A stretch of 64,000 nucleotides of DNA from an uncultured Bacilli bacterium (GTDB lineage Bacteria; Bacillota_I; Bacilli_A; RF39; UBA660): NCBI GenBank assembly GCA_934085585.1, contig CAKOHI010000006.1:520-64519 (forward strand), given 5' to 3'. Made by a program: the position numbers and the translations under genes. This document shows, piece by piece, positions 36,472-45,872 of this stretch (positions are counted from its first letter, which is position 1; each line of letters opens with the position of its first letter). The notes below the pieces were generated by a model that did no database searches, was not told where the DNA came from, and worked only from the letters and a program-made list of their open reading frames with translations.

Positions 36472-37677
36472 TTAGTCAATATATCTTATATCTATATCTA
36501 CATCCCCATTTATTCCATCAACTCTTCCATTACTACAAAGTTGCCAATAAGAATAATCACCAGTATAATTTGTATTTTTTGTATAATGAGCAAGCCAAAC
36601 TGGATAATCCATCCCCATCCAAATATTTTCTAAATATGTTTTACTACTATAAAGTATAGCTTCATATCCCGCATCTTTCACTGTATCCATAAATTTTTTA
36701 GCAATATTTGTAAGACCAAAAAAACTCAATTCATACTTATTAAAACTTCCCCAATTCTCCCAATCAAATGCAATTGGTAATTCAACTCTATAATCTTTAA
36801 TTACATCTATTATCCATTTTGCATCATTTATTGCTCTTTCCATACTATTTGCATAAGAATAAAAATATACTCCAACAGGTATACCTACACTATTTGCATT
36901 TTCAATATTTTGGATAAATTTACTATCTACAAAATTTTCTCCATTAATACCTGTTGATGATCCCACTCTAATAATTACAAATTCAACTTCAGCATCTTTT
37001 AATTTTTTAAAATCAATATCTCCTTGCCATTTTGATACATCTATTCCAATTTCAGTATTATCGTTTTTATAATTTTTTATAATTTCACTAAATTCAGTTA
37101 CTTCTTTATTACCTTTACTTCCTTTATTATCACTAGGTTCATTTACATTTAACGTAAATTTCTTTTCAGATATATTTCCACTACTATCAGTTGCTTTAAA
37201 AACTAATTTATAAGAACCAACACTATTCAAATCATATTCTCCTTCAATAACACAAACTGGATTTGTATCATAATTATCTCCACACATTATTTTATCAAGT
37301 AAATTATCTACACTCCCCTTTACCACATTATAACTCTTACCTAACCAAATTAATGGAGCTTCTTTATCAACAACATTTATTTCATAACTATATTTTATTT
37401 TTATTCCATCATCATTAATAAATTGAAAATTCACCTTTTTCTTTCCTAAACTATCAGTATCTAAATAATAATCATCAACTAGTTTACCATTAATTTTTTT
37501 TATAAATGAAGACACTCTCAATGTATCAGCAAAATCAGCATCTAAATTATCTTTTAATTCAACTACAACTACTGCATTTTTTACTTCAATATATTTATAT
37601 AAAAAATATCCTCCAATACTTAAAATTATTACTCCTAAAATAACACATATAATTATAATTATTTTTTTATTTTTCAT
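36472..37677 (-). CDS. Membrane-anchored GH25 muramidase with Ig-like domain
   Basis: N-terminal TM, an Ig-like segment (YKLVFKATDSSGNISEKKFTLNV), and a C-terminal GH25 domain (GIDVSKWQGDIDFKKLK..VEFVIIRVG ... DGINGDVDIDI). The ATG at 37677 has a GGAGG RBS. Confidence 0.8.
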   Translation of the reverse strand: MKNKKIIIIICVILGVIILSIGGYFLYKYIEVKNAVVVVELKDNLDADFADTLRVSSFIKKINGKLVDDYYLDTDSLGKKKVNFQFINDDGIKIKYSYEINVVDKEAPLIWLGKSYNVVKGSVDNLLDKIMCGDNYDTNPVCVIEGEYDLNSVGSYKLVFKATDSSGNISEKKFTLNVNEPSDNKGSKGNKEVTEFSEIIKNYKNDNTEIGIDVSKWQGDIDFKKLKDAEVEFVIIRVGSSTGINGENFVDSKFIQNIENANSVGIPVGVYFYSYANSMERAINDAKWIIDVIKDYRVELPIAFDWENWGSFNKYELSFFGLTNIAKKFMDTVKDAGYEAILYSSKTYLENIWMGMDYPVWLAHYTKNTNYTGDYSYWQLCSNGRVDGINGDVDIDIRYID

Positions 37678-37978
37678 TATAATACCCTCCATAACAAGAA
37701 TAACAACTATTTAAAAATAAATCAAGTTTATTGATACATATTTTACCTTTAAAAAAAGGTTTAATTTTATCTTATTTTTATTCCAATATTACATCATTAT
37801 TAGCATTTATTTAATACAATATAAAACTACATCAACTTTTTTCATTTTTCCTTTCATTATATATATTTCCTAATTAAAGTTGTTTTTTACTAATAAATAA
37901 CATTTTTTGTAAATTTACGTAAAGTCAACAAAAAAAGAAAAACCTAATATTTTTCTTAATTTTATATTACTCTTGAAT

Positions 37979-38743
37979 CTACTTATTTTTAATACCCAAT
38001 TTTTTTCCTTGTATATGATAACAATAAATAAGCTGTAATCTATAAGGAATGAATCTTAATAAAAATATGCCTAACTTAATTCTTAAAGTTGGAACAATAA
38101 TCATTTTTTTCTTAAACATTTTATCAATTGCATATTCAGCCACATATTTTGGACTTGCTTCTTTAATACTAAATTCACCATTAGCTACTTTATTAAAATT
38201 TGTATTAACTGGACCAGGACATAAAGCTGAAACTACAACATTGCTTCCACTTTGTCTTAATTCTTCATTAATTGCCATGGTAAGCCTCAACACATAATTT
38301 TTGGTTGCATAATAAGTATTAAGTCGAGGACCAGCCATAAAACCTGCACTTGAAGCAACATTTAAAATAAATCCCTTATCCTTTTCCACAAAATCTTTTA
38401 AGAATAATTTAGTTAAAATATGATATGCTTTTATATTTAAATCAATCATTTCAAGTTCACGTGTTAAATCAGTTTCAGTAAACAAACCAAATAATCCAAA
38501 ACCAGCATTATTAATAAGGATATCAATATTTTTATCTTTACATAAATCATACAATTTAAAAACATTTTTTGAATTTTGTAAATCCATTTCTATAATATCA
38601 ACATTTACTTTTACATTTTCTTTTATTTTTAACATTTCTTCTTTATTTCTAGCCACCAATATTAAATCAATACCTTTATTTGCTAAAACATAAGCTATAT
38701 TTTTCCCTATTCCACTTGAAGCTCCGGTTATAAGTGCTTTCAT
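37979..38743 (-). CDS. Short-chain dehydrogenase/reductase (SDR)
   Basis: TGASSGIGK cofactor motif, NNAG, and the catalytic YATKNY (YxxxK). Confidence 0.9.
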   Translation of the reverse strand: MKALITGASSGIGKNIAYVLANKGIDLILVARNKEEMLKIKENVKVNVDIIEMDLQNSKNVFKLYDLCKDKNIDILINNAGFGLFGLFTETDLTRELEMIDLNIKAYHILTKLFLKDFVEKDKGFILNVASSAGFMAGPRLNTYYATKNYVLRLTMAINEELRQSGSNVVVSALCPGPVNTNFNKVANGEFSIKEASPKYVAEYAIDKMFKKKMIIVPTLRIKLGIFLLRFIPYRLQLIYCYHIQGKKLGIKNK

Positions 38744-38788
38744 TTATACCTCCTTATTTACAAAAGAGTATTAGTTTAATCTAACACT

Positions 38789-40408
38789 CTATTTCTTTTC
38801 TTCCATAACACTTAAAATACTTGGAAGTATTTGTTTCTTTCTTGATACCATTTTAGGTAAAAATAATCCTTCATGAACATTTTTCAAACCAAAAGCATCT
38901 TCAATTAAATCACTTGCTTTAGTATTATAAATAACATAAGAACCATTTTTAATAATATCAGTAATAAATATTACTACTATATTATAGTTAGTATCTACCA
39001 TTTCATCCAAAACATGTACATATTCATCTATATTTTCTTTAATTCTATCAAAATCAAGAGTCATAACTTGTCCAATTCCTAGATTTTTAGAACCAACTAC
39101 ATAATTTTTAAAGTCACTTTTTATTAGATCTTTAACACTCATTCCTTCGATTGATGAAGCTGCTTTTATCATCTCAAGTCCATATTTATCCATATCAACT
39201 TTAGCAATGTTTGCTAATTTTACAGCCGCATTTTTATCATCTTCCGTAGTCGTCGGACTTGTAAGAAGCAAAGTATCAGATAGTATAGCAGAAAGCATTA
39301 AGCCAGCTATATCACTAGGAATATTCACTTTTTCTTGAATAAACATTTCATAAATCATTGTTGATGTACAACCAACTGGTTTACTTCTAAAATTAATTGG
39401 CACATTAGTACCTATAGCGCCAAGATTATGATGATCAATTATTTCAAGTATATCAGCTTCTTCAATACCATCTACAGATTGTGCTAAATTATTATGATCA
39501 ACTAATATAACCTTTTGTTTATCATAATCATTCGGACCAGTAAGTCTTATTAATCCTAAACATTCACCCTTTTTATTTATAACTGGATAATTTGTATGAT
39601 TAATTTTATGCGTCATCATCTTAAAATCTGTAAAATAATCATCATTATGAACAGTCACCGGATTTTTATTTATATTAATATTTTTTATAAAATTACTCAA
39701 AGTTATCTTGGTAGCAATTTGAAAACTATCAAGTTCTGATGCAATAATATTTACTCCATTAGCTTCAGCTTTTTTAATTATTTTCTTTTCTAAATTAATA
39801 TTTAATGGTAAAATAACCAATTTTACTTTAGACTTAATTGCATAATCAAGAACTTTATACCTATCTCCAACAATCAAAATATCGTCACTGTTTAAAAGAA
39901 AAGCTTGTTCTAAAGCTTTAAAACTTAAACCTGCAATTAAAGTAGTTCCTTTAATTATATCATCACATTTAACAATTACTTTAGCATTTATAGTTTCAAT
40001 AATATTATCAAGAGTCGTATAAACCTCTTCTCTATTACCATTAATTAAATATTTAGCTAATTCTTTTAAAGTTACATAACCAGTTAACATTTTTTTATCA
40101 TCAACTAAAGGTATTGCAGTAATATTTTGTTTTTGCATTAATTTAAAAGCTTCATCAATAGATCTATTTTCATTAATATATGCCTTTTTATCATACTTAA
40201 CATTTTTAATTCTAACCCTCACATCATTTAAATAACTTGGCACATTAACCTTAAAAAAATCCAAAACAAATTTTGTTTCATTATTAATATTCCCAAGCAC
40301 TTTTGGTACAGTCTTATCACCTAAAGCATTTTTCAAATAAGATAGTGCAATGCTAGAACAAACAGTATCAGTATCAGGACTTTTATGTCCAAAAATAAAT
40401 GTAGTCAT
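38789..40408 (-). CDS. ppaC: Family II (DHH) inorganic pyrophosphatase with CBS/DRTGG insert
   Basis: 539 aa. N-terminal GHKSPDTDTVCSS (DHH motif I-II), an internal CBS pair, DHNN/DHH and a C-terminal DHHA2 region. Length fits CBS-PPases. Confidence 0.8.
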   Translation of the reverse strand: MTTFIFGHKSPDTDTVCSSIALSYLKNALGDKTVPKVLGNINNETKFVLDFFKVNVPSYLNDVRVRIKNVKYDKKAYINENRSIDEAFKLMQKQNITAIPLVDDKKMLTGYVTLKELAKYLINGNREEVYTTLDNIIETINAKVIVKCDDIIKGTTLIAGLSFKALEQAFLLNSDDILIVGDRYKVLDYAIKSKVKLVILPLNINLEKKIIKKAEANGVNIIASELDSFQIATKITLSNFIKNININKNPVTVHNDDYFTDFKMMTHKINHTNYPVINKKGECLGLIRLTGPNDYDKQKVILVDHNNLAQSVDGIEEADILEIIDHHNLGAIGTNVPINFRSKPVGCTSTMIYEMFIQEKVNIPSDIAGLMLSAILSDTLLLTSPTTTEDDKNAAVKLANIAKVDMDKYGLEMIKAASSIEGMSVKDLIKSDFKNYVVGSKNLGIGQVMTLDFDRIKENIDEYVHVLDEMVDTNYNIVVIFITDIIKNGSYVIYNTKASDLIEDAFGLKNVHEGLFLPKMVSRKKQILPSILSVMEEKK

Positions 40409-40492
40409 TTAAATCACCTTCATATATAGAAGAATTTTATCATAAAATTAAATATTTTTAAATACTTTTATTAAATTTTGTAACTTTTTTCG

Positions 40493-40521
40493 TTGACGAA
40501 CAAGCATTTGCCTAGTATAAT
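40493..40521 (+). promoter_or_regulatory. uvrB promoter with overlapping Cheo-like half-conserved box
   Basis: TTGACG (40493-40498), 17-nt spacer, TATAAT (40516-40521). CGAACAAGCATTTG (40497-40510) has a perfect GAAC half and a degenerate ATTT half. Confidence 0.6.
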
Positions 40522-40560
40522 ATACTTGAGTTTGAAAAAAATATTATAAGGAGGCCCAAA

Positions 40561-42501
40561 ATGTTTGAACTAGTAAGTAAATATAAACCAAGCGGAGATC
40601 AACCAGAAGCTATAAAAGAATTGGTTGAAGGTATAAACGAAGGAAAAAAGGAACAAGTTTTACTCGGAGCAACTGGAACCGGAAAAACATTTACAATTGC
40701 AAACGTCATTAAAGAAACAAATAAGCCAACTTTAGTTTTAGCCCACAACAAGACACTTGCAGGACAACTTTATGCAGAATTAAAAGAATTTTTTCCAAAT
40801 AATCATGTCGAATACTTTGTATCTTATTATGATTATTACCAACCTGAAGCATATGTTCCAAGTAGTGACACATACATTGAAAAGGACTCAAGTATTAATG
40901 ACGAAATAGATGAACTACGACATGCCGCAACAAGTGCATTAATTAACTACAAAGACGTTATCGTAGTAGCTTCAGTTTCATGTATTTATGGAATCGGGGA
41001 AAAAGAAGAATATGAAAAAAATATGTTAATATTAAGCGTCGGAGATAAAATAAGCAGAAATAAAATATTAAATCGTCTAATAGATATGACCTATGAACGT
41101 AATGATTTAGATTTTCATCGCGGGACATTCAGAGTTCGAGGTAATAACATTGATATAATTCCAGTTAATGAAAAAGTAAGTGGCATAAGAATAATTCTTG
41201 AAGATGATGAAGTTTCAGAAATTTGTGTATTTGATCCACTAACTGGTGTTGTATCCAAAAGTAAAAAATCAATTACCATATCTCCAGCATCACACTTCGT
41301 AACAAGTAAAGAGAAGTTAGAAGAGGCTTGTAACAGAATTGAAAAAGAATTAAAAGAACGTCTTCAAGAATTAAAAAATGAAAATAAACTTATCGAAGAA
41401 CAAAGACTACGTGAAAGAACAAATTATGATTTAGAAATGTTACGAGAAACAGGATTTTGTAATGGCGTAGAAAACTATTCAAGACACCTGGCTTTAAGAG
41501 AAGCCGGAGAAACACCATCTTGTTTGATTGATTTCTTTCCTAAAGATTTTTTACTTGTAGTAGATGAATCACACGTAACCCTACCTCAAGTTCGTGGAAT
41601 GTATAACGGAGATAGAATGCGTAAACAAACTCTAGTTGATTATGGTTTTAGATTACCTAGTGCCCTAGATAATAGACCATTAAAATTTGATGAATTTGAA
41701 GCCAAAATCAACCAAGCAATTTATGTATCAGCAACTCCCGGAGATTATGAACTTGAAAAAACAAATAATAAATATGTTGAACAAATTATTAGACCAACTG
41801 GACTTCTTGATCCAAGTATTGAAGTTCGTAAAACCGAAGGCCAAATTGATGATATAATTAGTGAAATAAATGAAAGAATCAAAAAAAATGAAAGAGTGTT
41901 AATTACCACCCTTACAATTAGAATGAGCGAAGAATTAACTAATTATTTAAAAGAAATGAATATAAAGGTAGCATATCTTCATAGTGAAATTAAAACTCTA
42001 GAAAGACTAAAGATAATCCATGACTTACGAAGTGGTATATATGATTGTATCGTAGGTATCAACCTACTTCGTGAAGGATTAGACATCCCAGAAGTAAGTT
42101 TAATATGTATATTAGATGCAGATAAGCAAGGATTTTTAAGAAGTAACAGAAGTTTAATTCAAACAATCGGACGTGCAGCTAGAAACGAAAATGGCAAAGT
42201 AATTATGTATGCTGATTCGTATAGTGATGCAATGAATGAAGCTATTAAAGAAACCAAAAGAAGAAGAGAAATCCAAGAAGAATATAATAAAATTCATGGA
42301 ATTACACCAAAAACTATTATTAAAGATATTAAAGAAGTGGTAACAAACGAAGTAGCTGACAAAAAGAAAAAAATTAGCAAAAAAGAAAGAGTTGAGATGC
42401 TTGAAAAACTTGAAAAAGAAATGCGTGAAGCAGCTGCAGCTATGGATTTTGAAAAAGCTATGGAACTTCGAGATATTTATTTCGAATTAAAAGGTATTTA
42501 A
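40561..42501 (+). CDS. uvrB: Excinuclease ABC subunit B
   Basis: 646 aa. GATGTGKT Walker A, DESH box, helicase motifs, and a C-terminal UVR domain ([18 protein letters not shown]). Confidence 0.97.
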   Translation: MFELVSKYKPSGDQPEAIKELVEGINEGKKEQVLLGATGTGKTFTIANVIKETNKPTLVLAHNKTLAGQLYAELKEFFPNNHVEYFVSYYDYYQPEAYVPSSDTYIEKDSSINDEIDELRHAATSALINYKDVIVVASVSCIYGIGEKEEYEKNMLILSVGDKISRNKILNRLIDMTYERNDLDFHRGTFRVRGNNIDIIPVNEKVSGIRIILEDDEVSEICVFDPLTGVVSKSKKSITISPASHFVTSKEKLEEACNRIEKELKERLQELKNENKLIEEQRLRERTNYDLEMLRETGFCNGVENYSRHLALREAGETPSCLIDFFPKDFLLVVDESHVTLPQVRGMYNGDRMRKQTLVDYGFRLPSALDNRPLKFDEFEAKINQAIYVSATPGDYELEKTNNKYVEQIIRPTGLLDPSIEVRKTEGQIDDIISEINERIKKNERVLITTLTIRMSEELTNYLKEMNIKVAYLHSEIKTLERLKIIHDLRSGIYDCIVGINLLREGLDIPEVSLICILDADKQGFLRSNRSLIQTIGRAARNENGKVIMYADSYSDAMNEAIKETKRRREIQEEYNKIHGITPKTIIKDIKEVVTNEVADKKKKISKKERVEMLEKLEKEMREAAAAMDFEKAMELRDIYFELKGI

Positions 42502-42529
42502 AAAGTATTGCGAATTTGCAATACTTTTT
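42501..42529. terminator. Bidirectional terminator between uvrB and dgkA
   Basis: Stem gtattgc/gcaatac (42505-42511, 42518-42524), extended by A/T pairs and flanked by an A-run and a T-run. Confidence 0.8.
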
Positions 42530-42890
42530 AAAATAAAACGATTATTTTGGGTATAAATATAATACAACCTACAACCAATGAAACAAGAGCATTTATAAAT
42601 ACAGCACCAGCTGCTATATCTTTGGCATATTTTGCATGAATTCTAATCTCCGGAGATAATAAATTAACCATCTCCTCAAGGGCAGTATTAATTAATTCAG
42701 CACCGATTACTAAAGCAAAAAGAATAAAACAGGCTACCCACTCCCATAATGCAATTTTTAATATAAAACCTAAAATAATTACCAATAAAACTGCTAAAGT
42801 ATGTATTTTTAAATTTCTCTCCGTTTTAAAAGCTTGTCTAACACCAGCAATTGCGTATTTAAAACTACTTATTAAACTATCACTTTTCAT
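42528..42890 (-). CDS. dgkA: DgkA-family lipid kinase (undecaprenol kinase in Gram-positives)
   Basis: 120 aa, three TM. FKYAIAGVRQAFKTERNLKIH and GAELINTALEEMV motifs of the DgkA family. Confidence 0.85.
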   Translation of the reverse strand: MKSDSLISSFKYAIAGVRQAFKTERNLKIHTLAVLLVIILGFILKIALWEWVACFILFALVIGAELINTALEEMVNLLSPEIRIHAKYAKDIAAGAVFINALVSLVVGCIIFIPKIIVLF

Positions 42891-43491
42891 TTTTACCTAC
42901 CCTATTATTATAAATATTTACATATATTACTAAATATGCAAGTCCAAGTAAGAAACCACCTATTACATCAGTAAAATAATGAACTCCAACATAAACTCTA
43001 CTAAAACCAATAGCTAAAATTAATAATGATAATAATGTAATTAATAACCACTTTAAATACTTGTCATTAACATTTTTATAAACTAAATAAATTATAATTC
43101 CGTAAAATGTCATACTTACCATAGAATGTCCAGATGGAAAACTATATCCACTTTCTTCAACTAATCTTAATATATTAGGTCTTGGTCTTCTTATAATATG
43201 TTTAAGAAGTTGATTTATTAATGTTACGCCGACTAAATCAAAAGTTACAAACCACCTTATTTTTTTACAAAAAATAAAAATTAAAACTCCTGCAACAACA
43301 GTAAAAGCCACTCCACCTAATTCTGTAATTACTTTAAGGATCGGCGTTAAACTATCATTCATTATATTATCTGCAATAAAACTATAAGCATTTGTATCAA
43401 TTACCAAACTATCATAATTTAAAATTTGATAACAAATAACACTAAATAGTATTAAACACAAAACTACAATAAGAATACTACACTTTTTCAT
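42880..43491 (-). CDS. PAP2-family phosphatase (undecaprenyl-diphosphate phosphatase-like)
   Basis: Signature KHIIRRPRP ... PSGHS ... SRVYVGVHYFTDV in a six-TM protein. 11-nt overlap with dgkA. Confidence 0.85.
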   Translation of the reverse strand: MKKCSILIVVLCLILFSVICYQILNYDSLVIDTNAYSFIADNIMNDSLTPILKVITELGGVAFTVVAGVLIFIFCKKIRWFVTFDLVGVTLINQLLKHIIRRPRPNILRLVEESGYSFPSGHSMVSMTFYGIIIYLVYKNVNDKYLKWLLITLLSLLILAIGFSRVYVGVHYFTDVIGGFLLGLAYLVIYVNIYNNRVGKNEK

Positions 43492-43493
43492 AA

Positions 43494-44387
43494 CTACCCT
43501 TCAATATGTTTCTTTTCTAAAACAATTTTTATTCTATCTAAACCAATTATAACTAAACCACCAAGTAAGAAATAAATTATACTAAATGTATCAAAACTCA
43601 AAGCATCTTTTGGTACTTCCAATGTAGTTGGTCCCATTATAATTGCATATAAAGAACCAATCATTAAACCAATTATTAAATAAACTGTGGCACTTCTATA
43701 TTTATCTAGAGCAATTTTAATTAATTTTATTATTAAGGCAATACCAAGTAAAACTCCAATACCAAAGACAAATAGCGCTGGAAAATAAGTAAAATTCATA
43801 TGTAAAAATTCTTTTATTCCACTGATTATAGGAATATATAAACCAAATATTAAAAGAAGAGTTGATCCGGAAATACCAGGTAATACCATCGCACATATCG
43901 CTATTGCACCAGCTAATAATATATACATAGCTAATCCAAAATTCAAATTAGCAATATTAACACTATTTCCACCACTTATTGGATTAAAATATGTTATTAA
44001 TGATACAATTAAAATACCAATTATAGCAAAAATAATATTTTTATATTTACCTTTAATATTATCCTTTTCTTCCTTAATTATTAAAGGTATAGAAAATACT
44101 ATAAATCCTAAAAATAATGAACTAACACTATATATTTTTGATTCAAATAAACTAGTTAAAACTAAAGTTGCTAAAGACATTCCAACTATCCAACCTGTAC
44201 CTAATTTAAATAAAAACCATAAAGCGCTTTTTTTCTTTTTGAAATCTCCATAAAAAGCATCATTTAAAGCATTTATAAACTTATCATAAAAGCCTAGAAT
44301 AAAAGCAATCGTACCACCACTCACACCTGGTACACTATCAGCTAAAGCCATACAAAATCCCCAAAAAGCATTAATTAAATATTTCAT
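43494..44387 (-). CDS. DUF368 family membrane protein (putative undecaprenyl-phosphate translocase)
   Basis: 297 aa polytopic protein. The DUF368 hallmark ADSVPGVSGGTIAFILGFYDKFI appears near the N-terminus and recurs as PGISGSTLLLIFGLY. Confidence 0.8.
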   Translation of the reverse strand: MKYLINAFWGFCMALADSVPGVSGGTIAFILGFYDKFINALNDAFYGDFKKKKSALWFLFKLGTGWIVGMSLATLVLTSLFESKIYSVSSLFLGFIVFSIPLIIKEEKDNIKGKYKNIIFAIIGILIVSLITYFNPISGGNSVNIANLNFGLAMYILLAGAIAICAMVLPGISGSTLLLIFGLYIPIISGIKEFLHMNFTYFPALFVFGIGVLLGIALIIKLIKIALDKYRSATVYLIIGLMIGSLYAIIMGPTTLEVPKDALSFDTFSIIYFLLGGLVIIGLDRIKIVLEKKHIEG

Positions 44388-44439
44388 TTTATATCACCTT
44401 CTAAATTATATCAAATACCTCATTCATATACAATTATTT

Positions 44440-45108
44440 TTAATCATTTGTAGCATTTCCATCGCCAAAAACAGAAATAGTATTCCCTAAATATTTTGGT
44501 TCAGGTTTAAATATAGACTTTACAAAATCTTTATCTCTAGCAAGTATTTCTCTTATTTCAAATTTGACACTACCACTATAATCTCTTAAAGTTGCAGAAA
44601 CGCCAACAGCATCTAATTTCAACTGTTTAGCTATATACAAGCTTCTATATAAATGAAATTGTTGAGTTACAATAATTATTTTGTTAGCTAAAAATATTTC
44701 TTTAGCTCTATAAACACTATCATATGTTGAAAACCCAGCATGATCCATAAAAATATTATTACTATCAATACCTTTATCAAGCAAATAATTTTTCATCACA
44801 TTTACTTCATCATAATATTTTTTTCCATGATCACCACTTACAATTATTTTTTCAGAATAACCATCTTCATATAATTTATAAGCCATATCAAGTCTATCTT
44901 TTAAAACTGGACTGGGTTTTCCATTTCTTAACCCTGCACCTAATACTAAAATAGCATCATAATTTTTATCTAAACTATTTTCATCAACTATTTTATCCTT
45001 TACACTATTTTTTACAAATAAGTTTATTCCTAAAACTATAATTATTCCAACAACTGCTAAAATACCTATAATTAACATTATTCTCTTAATAATTTTATTC
45101 ATATTCAT
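44440..45108 (-). CDS. sanA: SanA/YdcF (DUF218) family envelope protein
   Basis: N-terminal TM, then ILVLGAG...IIVSGDHG...MDHAGFSTYDSVYRAKEIF...IVTQQFHLYRSLYIA. This is colinear with my memory of E. coli SanA (LSGDN, DYAGFRTLDS, TQRFH..RAL.IA). Confidence 0.8.
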   Translation of the reverse strand: MNMNKIIKRIMLIIGILAVVGIIIVLGINLFVKNSVKDKIVDENSLDKNYDAILVLGAGLRNGKPSPVLKDRLDMAYKLYEDGYSEKIIVSGDHGKKYYDEVNVMKNYLLDKGIDSNNIFMDHAGFSTYDSVYRAKEIFLANKIIIVTQQFHLYRSLYIAKQLKLDAVGVSATLRDYSGSVKFEIREILARDKDFVKSIFKPEPKYLGNTISVFGDGNATND

Positions 45109-45735
45109 TTTTCAACTATACCATCAATTGGATAATTTGCTTTTAAAAGATTTTTAGCAATATCCATTTTAGCTTCTCTTCTTGCAATATTTCTTTCGGT
45201 ATTTTGAATATTTTTTTCCTCTTCTTCTGGAGTAATATCATATATGAATACATCATCTTTGTTTAATCTTTTCAATTTATCAACACTCTCCTTAAAACTA
45301 GAGTTATTTATATCACTACAATACCTATCAAGGTCATCCTTATTCTTGATTCCTATCATTGTTAATAGTGGTTTTTCTCTAGCACTTTTCATGTCTTTAT
45401 CATACCAAAGTTTAGCAAACTTTTCAACGTTGATTTCATAATATTTGAAATGATTATCCAATTTTTTTCATGATCTTTATCATAAAATGTATAGCATTTA
45501 ACTAATGGTTCACTCAAAGTTACTCCATAATTTAATGATATATGAATAAATCAAAAACCATATCATAAGCTTCACTCACTAACGTTTTTTGACTACAGAA
45601 AGAAAAATAAAAGTTTATATTTCTAACCTTGGTAAATTTAATTATTCGATCAATTTTAATATCTAGGCATTCACTTAAAAGTTCACAAAGTAAATGCGTT
45701 CGATCTTCATTAAAACCTGTTCCAAAAATTGACAT
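45105..45735 (-). pseudogene. Fragmented Rpn-family / PD-(D/E)XK transposase-like gene
   Basis: Three frame pieces. ORF 45532-45735 (FGTGFNEDRTHLLCELLSECL) is the first. An open stretch LNYGVTLSEPLVKCYTFYDKDHEKNW is the second. ORF 45105-45461 ends ...RREAKMDIAKNLLKANYPIDGIVEK, the family tail. One junction is at a T7/A7 run (45462-45468). Confidence 0.5.
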
Positions 45736-45872
45736 AAATCGGGATATTCAAAGATATATTCCTTATTTTAAAGGAAATTAATAAAACAAGAAAAAATACA
45801 TTTTTTTAATATTTTGTATACAAAATTTATAAAATATATTATACTTTATATATAGGAAAACGAGGTTGAAAA

